Below, in pieces: positions 33,564-43,889 of a DNA stretch of 64,000 bases (position 1 is its first letter; every line of letters begins with the position of its first letter). A program made the position numbers and the translations under genes. The notes beneath the pieces are model-generated. The model saw nothing but the letters and a program-made list of their open reading frames with translations, was not told the DNA's origin and searched no databases. The DNA is from Eledone cirrhosa (lineage: Eukaryota): contig OZ024740.1 of assembly GCA_964016885.1 (NCBI GenBank), forward strand, positions 84,940,001 to 85,004,000, in the 5' to 3' direction.

Positions 33564-34176
33564 GAGTTTTTCGAATATTAATAATTGTTTCTACTTTAGG
33601 CACAAGGCCAGCAATTACCCAGTGCATTACTGGTACTTTATTTTATCGACCCCGTAAGGATGAAAGGCAAAGTCAACCTCGGCGGGATTTGAGGTTGACT
33701 TTGCCTTTCATCCTTACGGGGTCGATAAAATAAAGTACCAGTAATGCACTGGGTACTTGCTGGCCTTGTGCCTAAAGTAGAAACAATTATTAAACATTCG
33801 ATTCGTTTGCAATTATGCAAACAAGTCTCAATTTTATCGCCCAATTTGCTGATATGCAAATCTGGCTGATCAGTGGATCTGCTAATATGCAGATCTGACT
33901 GATCAGCTAGTCTGCTAATATGCAAATCAGGCCGATCAGTCACTGTGTATTTTTGAAAATACCATATATTTTCACTAGCCCTGACAGTTTGGCAGGTGAA
34001 CAGTGAACTGTACTGATGAAGGGTGATACCCAGAAACATTAGTGTCTGCAGTTCTGTTCGCTTGCCAACACAAGAGCAAGAATGAAGGGTTCATTCTACT
34101 GACATGGCTATAAAATTGAGGCTTGTTTGCATAATTGCAAACGAATCGAATGTTATTATTAATATTCGAAAAACTC
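33564..34176 (+). mobile_element. Small non-coding HHR element with ~70-bp inverted termini; left arm interrupted by a foldback SINE
   Basis: 33793-33841 matches the reverse complement of 34106-34154 (2 mismatches in 49 bp). 33564-33585 is the reverse complement of 34155-34176. Three 33-bp octamer repeats and the HHR lie inside. Confidence 0.7.
33989..34068 (+). ncRNA. Type I hammerhead ribozyme with long helix I
   Basis: TTGGCAGGTGAACAG-tg-AACTGTA-CTGATGA(34013-34019)-A-GGGT-gat-ACCC-A-GAAA-CATTAGTG-TC-TGCAGTT-CTGTTCGCTTGCCAA. Helix I is 22 bp with a 2-nt bulge; helix III is near-palindromic; GUC at 34044-34046. Confidence 0.78.
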
Positions 34177-34186
34177 AGATTAAATT

Positions 34187-34222
<36 letters not shown>

Positions 34223-35639
34223 CCTTTGCTGCCGTTTCTAGCATTGTTGTTTACCACATAGATGTCCACAAGCTGGGTTGAAAGTTTCGTATTTACCTCC
34301 CTTTGACCGTGATGTTTACCTAAGTTTTCTAAATTAGTAACATCACTTATTTTGTTCATAGCATTCATGATAATTCATATTTTTTTTATTGAAATTTTAT
34401 AGAGATACTTATTAAAGTTGGTAGATTACTGATCTAGAAAGTAAAATATAAATTTAAAGTAGATTTGAATAAGACAAGAATATGTGATTAACGGCATATT
34501 TCTTTGCTACTTCTCTCATTTTTCGACACATTAAATATAACTATGGTTGGAGGGAGATTTCGTTACTACTACTAGCATTGCCTAAGACACCAGAAAAAAT
34601 TATTTCACTGGTGTTCCCATAATTGTACAAAACTGTGTAGTATGAAGGAGATTTGATGTTATTTTTTAATAGATTTTATGTCATATTCATATATGTCGGT
34701 GTTTATATATGTGTCCTGTAACAATAAAGTAAGACAATCAAAGAGATTAATAAAGTAAGACAATCAAAGTAAACACAATTGATTGAAAACAGACTACATT
34801 TGCTGGCGAAGCAATAAACACACATATTTATTTGTATGTGTGCATATTTTTTGTATAAACGTGTGTGTATATGTTTACAGAGTACGGATGTGTACACGAG
34901 TGTCTATTTTGTTTTGTGTGTCAATATCTGACCATAATAAGTACTTTGGGCTCTACGTGTAGTAAGCAGCTTTCAATACAGAAGAGACAGTCTTGAAATA
35001 AAAGATCAAACGCATAAAAAAAATGTCGAACTCTCTTACCATATATATAGGGCTTCCTGATTATTTCTCCCGAATGAAACAGTTCTAGTCCTGTAGAAGC
35101 CATTTCTATATTAAATATTTATACTCTGCTATGTATTGAGTACCTTATTTACTGTGGTTACCCTGGATTGAACCCGTACTTTGAGCTCTACATGTAATAA
35201 GCAGCTTTCAATACAAAAGAAACAGTTTTGAAATAAAAGATGAAACCCATTAAAAAGAAAAAGGAATTCATTAATTAATAACCCAATCTTTAGCAGCTAA
35301 CCTCAATATAGTGTTCATTAGGTAAGGTGACCATGTCTTGCTCATACAATGTCGAACTTTCTCTTCCCCTGCCCATATAAATTGTTTTCTTGAAAAACAG
35401 AGTGAGGGTCGGAAAGAATACTGCGTTTGCCGCCTTCTTACAAAGTAGGTAGAAGTCAATATGGAAGAGATAATCTAAATTAAATCAGAAACCAGCAACA
35501 AAGATTGAAGGTGGAAGTTAACGGTGATCATTTGAATAATGTTGTACAAGATGCTGGAGTTTAAGACGGGTGAACAGTTATTCTTCCTTCTTCATTCCAA
35601 GGAACATGCCAGAATGCTAATTCACACTTGCAACTTTCA

Positions 35640-36230
35640 TTAACGCCTTATCTAATGTTATACCATGTAGCCATAACGTCATCTCATGTCATACCATGTA
35701 GCGATAATGTTCTCTAATGTCATATATGTATCTATAACATCATCTAATGTGATACCATGTAGCAATAACATCATCTAATGTCATATCATGTAGCCCTAAA
35801 GTCATCTAATGTTATATATGTATCCACAACGGCATCTAATGCCATACCGTGTAGCAATAACGTTATCTAATGTCATACCATGTAGCTATCAATATAATTG
35901 TTTCTACTTTAGGCACAAGGCCAGCAATTACTCAGTACATTACTGGTACTTTATTTTATCGACCCCGTAAGGATGAAAAGCAAAGTTAACCTCGGCGGGA
36001 TTTGAACTCAGATCGTAAAGGGACGTAACTATGCTGGAAAGCATGTCCGACCCTCTACCGATATTGCCAATTGACCCAATATAATATTATCTAATGTGAT
36101 ACCATGTAGCTATAATATTATCTAATGTGGTACCATGTAGCTATAATGTTATCTAATGTCATGCTATGTAACTATAATATTAACTAATGTGATACCATGT
36201 AACTTTGTTATCTAATGTCATACCATGTGG
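35640..36230. repeat. ~29-bp minisatellite (ATCTAATGTCATACCATGTAGCNATAA) interrupted by a SINE
   Basis: Tandem units are directly visible; SINE at 35894-36072. Confidence 0.85.
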
Positions 36231-36833
36231 TATTAATTCCTGATGAAATCTTTGGGACGTCATCACAATATACGGCGTGTCTTGGACATTCAAACATGAT
36301 GGATCCGATCCCTTTCCAGATCTAAACACAGCTGATCTCTCCCAGAAAAAGTGAGACTGGGAGCGAAAGAATGGAAGTGAGTAGAGGATGAATAGGGTTG
36401 ATATTTTATTTATTGAACTGGGGGGGGGGGGTGAACTCAGAGTGCAAAGAGCTGGAATGAATACTGCAAAGCATTTATCCGATGTTCTAACGATTTTCCC
36501 AATTCGCCGTCTGTCAGCGTTAAATACGAGCTCACAAAATAGATTTAACAAAACATACTAACATAAGAAAATATTTGATTATAATGTCTATGAGAGAAAA
36601 TTATTACAATTGATTTTAATTAATGTTAAAATGATTTTCAAAAAAATCTAAATAAACATTTTATTTGTTTATAACTTTGTCTATTAATCCGTATGGTGAG
36701 CAAATGGGGTCCCACGTGTTGGCCTCCCTACAATTCCAGCGGACAGGATGGAGAAGACGTTATTGTAATAAATTCGAATTTGCAACAAACTAACAAAGCA
36801 TTTGTGGCGTTCGAGTGAGCTGTACTGCTGAGA

Positions 36834-36980
36834 GCGAAGTTCATATCATCGTTGGCGACTGGTCTTACCAAGGTGTCAGGTGATGCCCGTGAGGGTGCTT
36901 GGTTATTTCAGCGCCATAGCCTCGCCATCATCCGCGGTAATGCTGTGAGCGTGTTGGCTTACCTCAAAAAGTTCCGATGA
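36834..36980 (+). mobile_element. CRE-clade non-LTR retrotransposon C-terminal remnant
   Basis: AKFISSLATGLTKVSGDAREGAWLFQRHSLAIIRGNAVSVL matches the QRxSxAIxRGNA C-terminal signature of CRE-type elements as I recall it. Confidence 0.7.
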
Positions 36981-37255
36981 CCCTTATGGTATGTTAGCGA
37001 TGGATGCACTTAGTGTTGAACTAATGTTTTGTTTTGTTTTTCGCTTTGATTATATATTTTTGTGTGTGTACTATATTTATAAGTTTCCAATTAACAATCA
37101 ATTGATTATATGTATGTATAGCGAGGATACTGGGTTGTATGAATGTAACAAAACGAAACATGGTTTGTGTAGATAATATTTAATTAACAATGGTAGATAG
37201 TATAGTTGACATGTCAAAGAAATAGATGATAGAATGAAGCAAAGTTAGTAGTTAC

Positions 37256-37375
37256 CGTTTTGATTGCCAGGCAAACGCGGCTGGCAGAAGACGCCTGGCG
37301 AAAGCCAGGCGCCGGAAGGGCAATGAGAGGCAGAGAGCCGAGAGCTATTCGTTTTATAGGGCTCTGCCGGAAGTT
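37256..37375 (-). promoter_or_regulatory. Candidate Pol II core promoter / first exon on the minus strand
   Basis: GC/CpG-rich island; minus-strand TATAAAA at 37352-37358; Inr-like TCATTG at 37321-37326; two CCGGAAG ETS-type sites; donor-like CG|GTAACT at ~37256. Confidence 0.35.
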
Positions 37376-38250
37376 ACAGAAAGGGTTCTACTTCCCGTTT
37401 AGATGTTAATCCAAACAAGGGAGACAACCGCTACATATGTATTTCTATTCGATATAAATGTAATAAAAAGGAAAGAAACGAAATTACACAGCAACATTTA
37501 TAGTATGCAAGCACGTAATTCGAAGGACTTATTAATAAAATAATTCTTTCATCGATAAATTGAAGTTGATTTAAAACTGCATATTACAAAATGCAGCTAT
37601 CCAAATTAAATCGCGCTGCAATCAAGTTTGTCTTCCTTCTCTCTCAAGTTCGATTAAATAAATACCATTGTAATTAATTATTTACCACAGTTATAAAATT
37701 GATTGTAATATATCTCCAAATCAGGGTCACAACAAATAACCAAAATATGTGTAAATTTTTGAATAGCTGATTTACTTTAAGTTTACCCTTACACTATTGC
37801 GTGTTATCTCCCTTATGCTATAATGTTGTCTTGAACTATTTATCATACGCACTAATTGACCCGTAGAAATTCCACGACATATATTTGTTATTTCATCGAA
37901 TATCATTAGACTATTAAATGTCCTCATAATTTATGCCATTAATTTAATAGTTATATATTTTTTATTTAAAATGATTTTAGTGATAATTCCTTTTCGTTTT
38001 CCTCCCATATTGATATTTACAATACTAAAAAAAAAAAAAAAAATCATTTAATTTCCTAGTCTTTGAGAATCTAACATATAACTGGCCGAGACTAATTGTG
38101 GTGAGTAAATTTCCATCATATGTCATTGAATAAGTTAATCTAACTGGAAACGGAAACTTAGTTCTTTGTAAATGGTTCAGTCTTGCAGGCGACATTTAAA
38201 TGCACTAATGGGCAAGTGTTAAATAAGAGACGATTAAATACACGCGCGCA

Positions 38251-38357
<107 letters not shown>

Positions 38358-38949
38358 TCGTGACTTTCGAACTCACCTGGATTATACCCACTCGGAGCTT
38401 ACACACATGTACAAATACATACACCTATGCATGCAACCACACAACACACACCAACATGCGCACACACCCCTGTCATACATACAGACCAGCATATGCACCG
38501 TAATATGTGCCCCACACCAACCCACTGCACGTCGGTCACCCCCACCAGCCACCCACTGGGACGCCGGACCACACACCCTCACTCCTCCGTAATATTTTTA
38601 TTTTTGTATTTTCTTTCTAACGTTATTTCAACTTCTGAGTTCAAATCCCGCCGAGGTTAACTTTGCCTTTCATCCTTACGGGGTCGATAAAATAAAGTAC
38701 CAATAATGCACTGGGTAATTGCTGGCCTTGTGCCTAACGTAGAAACAGTTATTTCAACAACTTTTTATTAATTCTAATTATTTTTTTTGTATTCTTCATT
38801 CTTTAACGTTATTTTCTTTGCTATTTTCCTTTTGTGTTATTCCTGATGAAAGGCAAATTCCCGATACGTTGACTATGTAACTCATTCTTCTTTCTGCAAG
38901 CGTGGAACTAATACACTTCATGTTATTGTTCGTTTCGTGTTCCCTTGAG

Positions 38950-39001
<52 letters not shown>

Positions 39002-39221
39002 CTGCTTGTATGTATGTATGTATGTATGGATCCAGGGAACCTTATCTTTGCTCGATTTGTGGACTTGCTTGCAAATCCTTGGCACGTCTAAAATGTCAGG
39101 CCCGATATAAACATCCAAACTGAATGAACTGAAATGGTTGCTCGGATTATCATACATCGAAATCGACGGGAGAGTCCATCATATATATATTGTTATAATT
39201 GTTTCTACTATTGTTATAATA

Positions 39222-39840
39222 TGGGAGGGCCATGTTGCCAATAAAAACCCGTAACATTTGAGTTTCGCTTCAATTTAATAACTAGATGGTTATTTAGCTC
39301 TCACTGATCATTTCCACGCATTCTTCTACAACAAAATCTGTCAATGGATGAGTATGGTGATACCACACCCATGCTACCTATTATATAGTCTGTCAGGGCC
39401 CCAGGCTGGTTGCATTCGTTGAGAAGACTGCTGTGGAGGTCTTCTGTGGAGCCACATACGTCTGGGACCATTTTAATTATAGGGCTTATGATCATGGAAG
39501 GGAAGTAGGAAAGTCTGTAGTTGTTGGCAATGTTGGCTCCAAAGACTGGTCGTGTTAGCAACCCTATAACCAGATCACTATTTGTTTTATGGTATTTGCG
39601 AGGTCCACACAGCGTGGGTATGTCATTCTCCCGGGGATGAATATTGTTAGCTGTACGCATATTTGACTGCATTATTCTAGACCACATCATCATGTTAGCA
39701 TTGAGGGGTTATTTTTCTTTCCTCGTGCTCTCCTAGTATTGTTTCACTTGTGTTGATGATGTGGGGTTGCATTGCCTGGGTGTAGTTTAGGAGGTTATCA
39801 ACTGATATTCTGCCAGACTTATCTGTTGGTAAGCATGCAT
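39222..39840 (-). mobile_element. Degenerate Penelope-like RT fragment
   Basis: PTDKSGRISV, PTLCG.RK.HK, TRPV, CGSTEDL and IIGSM.V..YSSID motifs. The terminal GGGAGGGCCATGTTGCCAATAA is shared with 59738-59760. Confidence 0.7.
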
Positions 39841-39851
39841 ATGAGTTCTGA

Positions 39852-39904
39852 GAATGTCAGACAGCGCTGTTTCAAGATTTGTTAATCTTTCATCAGTGAC
39901 ACTC
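39852..39904 (-). ncRNA. Minimal type I hammerhead ribozyme
   Basis: Minus strand reads GAGTGTCA-CTGATGA-AAGATT-aaca-AATCTT-GAAA-CAGCGCTG-TC-TGACATTC. Helix I 8 bp, helix II 6 bp, perfectly palindromic helix III (ACAGCGCTGT), GUC triplet. Confidence 0.9.
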
Positions 39905-39929
39905 ACTCAGCATGTACTGGTGTGAAATA

Positions 39930-40787
39930 CGAGGTGTGTCAGAAAAGTTCCAGGACTGATGTCACAAAAGATTTATTTCAAACCCAAACTTCACACTAAA
40001 AGTTTTCTCCTTCAAAGTAATCCCCCTGGAGTATGTAACTGTAATCTTAGCTCTCTGCATCGATCAAACTTTTTTCTTCATAATTTTATATACATGTCCT
40101 CTGTTTCAGGTCGTCAAGCAATGAGCACAGAGCAACGAACAAACTTGAAAACTCCGTCAGAAGCACTGGGATTGCTGCAGCAAGTGTATAGAGATGAGAC
40201 GATGTCACGCTCACGTGTTTTTGAGTGGTGCAAGAGGTTTAAAGAAGAACGCGAGGACGTGGAAGATGACCCCAGGAGCGGAAGGCCCACAACAACCAGG
40301 ACTAAGGTCAACGTTGAGCGCGTCAGGCAGATGGGGCGTAGCGATCGTCGGCTGACTGTTCGACTGATGGCAATGGGCTGGGCATGAATCGGGACAGCAT
40401 CTGGAAAATACTCACTGAAGATTTGGACATGCGGAAAGTCTGCGCGAAGATGGTGCCAAAACTGCTGAACGATGACCAGAAGGGTCGACGCATGCAAGTG
40501 TGCCAGGACATCCTCGAGCGTCTTGAAACCGAACCAGACTTGCTAGGGACTGTCATGGATCTTCGAGTACGACCGGGAGGGGATCCGTTTTGAAGACGTG
40601 GATGACGGAACTGCGGAGGATCCCGGAAGAATCCTTCCAGGAGTGCATGCAAACGTGGCAGAAAAGGATGGAAAAGTGCATTAGACTCCAGGGAGATTAT
40701 TTTGAAGGAGAAAACTCTTAGTGTGAAGTTTGGGTTTGAAATAAATCTTTTGTGACATCAGTCCTGGAACTTTTCTGACCCACCTCG
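39930..40787 (+). mobile_element. Internally deleted mariner transposon
   Basis: TA TSD at 39928-39929 and 40788-40789; ~100-bp TIRs starting CGAGGTG; transposase remnants MSRSRVFEWCKRFKE.REDVEDDPRSGRP, KVCAKMVPKLL and QGDYFEG. Confidence 0.92.
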
Positions 40788-40895
40788 TAGACTATAGTGG
40801 TATTTTGTGTGATGATCACTTGCTGGTGATGCTCATAACATATAGGGGGAAAAAATCGGCTAGAAATGGTCACTTGCATATAATGTGAGCTTGGC

Positions 40896-40978
<83 letters not shown>

Positions 40979-41051
40979 GGTGTTGGATGCTTAAAGTGTC
41001 CGTATGCGGTAGGCTGCTTGAGCACGCGATGCTCTCATAGAGCAGAGTATG

Positions 41052-41232
41052 ATATCACAGAAAAAAAAGAGAATCAGTGTTGCGACGAATGGAATTTATT
41101 GGACATATTACAATCGTTTCTCTGGCGATCATCACATCGATCGTGATTCGAGCTGGTCGCCAGAGAAACGATTGTAATATGTCCAATAAATTCCATTCGT
41201 CGCAACACTGATTCTCTTTTTTTCTGTGATAT
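41052..41232. repeat. Near-perfect inverted repeat (~77-bp arms, ~28-nt spacer)
   Basis: 41052-41128 is the reverse complement of 41157-41232. Confidence 0.85.
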
Positions 41233-41333
41233 ATATATATATATATACAAATGAATATATGACATTTGTATTACACAGCTCAGAAATATTCCTTTCTTTG
41301 AGCTATTTAATTGTAAAAGACTATTTGAGTTTA

Positions 41334-41418
<85 letters not shown>

Positions 41419-41694
41419 AAAGTAAAAAGAATGACTTCACTTGTAGTTGGTATTCTATAACAATGTAATTTTATAATTTTACAATTTTATAATTTTGCTA
41501 TCTGGTCTAATAACTCCTTTGTTAACTTCGGAGAAATTTTTTTTTTTTAAACCTGTTTAACTTCCTGGAAAATTCTCTCGCATTCGTCGGTGACGATTGT
41601 TAAACTAATCTACAGTTATAATGTGGTAGTGTGTGTGTGTGTGGTGTTGGTTGTGATGGTTATGGTGTGGGTACACATACACACACACACACAC

Positions 41695-41736
<42 letters not shown>

Positions 41737-43051
41737 AAATTTAAATTAAATTAAATTAAGGGTGTCATGTCAGAGAGACATGCGACTTAACCCATGTGCA
41801 ACCACGCAGCACTCCATTTTTCTTATATTTATATTTTTTTCTCAGCTGCGATTGTCTGTTTCTTTCTTACTGCTTCCCCTCTCTCTGTATCTCTCACCTT
41901 CTTTTTACCCCCTCTGCCAGTCACACTCTCTCTCAGCTGGCCTCTTCCTCACACTTCCACTCACTCACTCTCTGCTTCTCCCCCTCTCTCACTTCCTCCC
42001 GTTTGACCTGTATGAAATCCTTTTCTCGCTCACATCTCACCCATGTCGGATGGTCTGTATCTCTCGTCCATGAATTCACCAAGCTTAAGCTTATAGATAT
42101 CATGTACTTGTCTCTTCCTATCTTTCCGTTGCAATACCATCGTTGTTTGTTTACATGTCTCGCTCGCTTCACGCGTTTTTACTTGTCCCAATAACTTTAT
42201 TTAGTTATTGCTCGCACCAACCAGTGGTATATGATTTTTAAAGCGATGAAATACCAATGAAGGTTGGAAGATCACTGATGAAGGACTAATTTTATTCATA
42301 TGTAACCCATGTGCAACCACGCAGCCCTCCATTTTTCTTATATATATATATATATATATAAGAAAAAATATATATAATTGTTTCTACTTTTTGGCACAAG
42401 GCCAGCAATTACCCAGTGCATTACTGGTACTTTATTTTATCGATCCCGTAAGGACGAAAGGCAAAGTTAACCACGGCGAGATTTGAACTCAGAACGTAAA
42501 GGGACATCACTATGCTGCGAAGCATGGCGTCTGAGGCTCTACTGATACTGCCAATCCAATATAATATAACCAGCCAAGCTTGCACTTTATTTTTAACTGT
42601 TATGGTTTAATTATCATTTTGTTTTCTGTTTAGCCTTTTTTTTAAAATATCTTCTTTTATGTTTTCAAAGAATTGTTATTGGGATGAGGGAGGGGTTTGT
42701 TTGCTGCTACCTCCATTGTGGGTAACACCTCCTACTACTACCATATTAAATCAACTGAAAAGAAACTAAATAATGGATGTTTGCAAAAGTATGTGTATAC
42801 AACCAAAATGTTTTAGGACAAAACTTCTTTTCTACCCCATATAATGAATGGTGTGTGAACGTTTAAATATTCTGAAGCCCTTTGTGGGCAAAAAGACCAC
42901 TCCCCTAAAAAAAAAGAAAAGAAAACAAACTCTTTTTTCATAAACTAATCTTTCTATGTAGAGCTTTCTGAAGCGTTGCCATTCCAAGCAAACAACAATA
43001 AAAATATTATTAAAATTTAAGAAAAGTTATTAAAAAAATAATTAAGTGTAA

Positions 43052-43107
<56 letters not shown>

Positions 43108-43196
43108 CTCTCATTCTCTCCCTCTTTATGTGTGTGTCTGTCTGTATGTATACACACACACATATATACATACAAACATACATATATAACACATAT

Positions 43197-43397
43197 ATAG
43201 GAAAAAGTATGACCCCGACGGCAGAGCTCAAGCCGTTTCGACGGCTATTTCTGGACTCCAGAAATAGCCGTCGAAACGGCTTGAGCTCTGCCGTCGGGGT
43301 CATACTTTTTCCTATTTCCCACTCTACTACCCTAAGTATTGAGTACTCTGGTGCGTTATGGTCCATCTGGTTCCTTACCACAATTCCTTTGTTAACA
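43197..43397 (+). mobile_element. Foldback copy of half-HHR element (perfect 59-bp palindrome plus tail)
   Basis: Arms 43197-43255 and 43257-43315; contains CGAAA-CGGC-ttGAGCTCt-GCCG-TC-GGGGTC. Confidence 0.75.
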
Positions 43398-43469
43398 CAT
43401 ATATATATATATATGTATGTGTGTGTGTTATACGTATGTTTGTATGTATATATATGTGTGAGTGTATAC

Positions 43470-43501
<32 letters not shown>

Positions 43502-43889
43502 TATATACAGTATATGTTTGTATGTATATATATATATATATGTGTGTGTATACATACAGACACGCACGCACCACGCGTATATATATATATATATATAAAT
43601 GTGTGTGTGTGTTTCTGTGTGTGCGTGTGTGTGTGTTTCTGTCTGTGTGTGAGTGTGTGTATGTGTGTGTGTGTCTATGTATGTGTGTGTGTGTGTACTT
43701 TTTTTTACAATATCTGGTATCAGTAAAATTGGATAAAGTTTTTATTTGAGATTAAGAATGGTAGAGAACCAATTTTAAAAGGCAATCTAGGAGGGTGTGG
43801 TTGTCTGCATGTATAAACAATATGAGTTCTTATAGCAGATGGAAGTATATAGATTATGGAATATTAAGAAATTAATAACCAGCCTCCTC

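Larger units (their letters stand above)
33075..34660. repeat. Old direct duplication (~430 bp; 33133-33560 vs 34228-34640) split by inserted elements
   Basis: GCTGCCGTTTCTAGCATT...TTTCACTGGTGTT occurs twice, clearly diverged. Confidence 0.75.

Noticed and set aside
35051-35101. HHR-like CTGATTA...GAAA...GTC with GGCTTC/GAAGCC flanks
   Set aside because: A core G is missing, and helices I and III need indels to form.
35640-36230. CRISPR-like ~29-bp periodicity (also the ~45-bp repeats in RTE 3' UTRs)
   Set aside because: The units are contiguous and degenerate with no unique spacers. There are no cas genes and the context is eukaryotic.
36180-36551. 123-aa minus-strand ORF as a gene downstream of the 37.3-kb promoter candidate
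   Set aside because: It has a non-ATG start, runs through a homopolymer tract into a minisatellite, and has no recognisable domain.
37292-37311. Histone 3' stem-loop (minus-strand TTTC loop)
   Set aside because: Stem sequence and length do not match the GGYYCT-TTTC-AGRGCC consensus, and no histone ORF lies upstream.
38835-38880. HHR-like CTGATGA-AAGG...CCC-GATA-CGTT
   Set aside because: The core GAAA is mutated to GATA and helix I is not convincing; counted only as a decayed relic.
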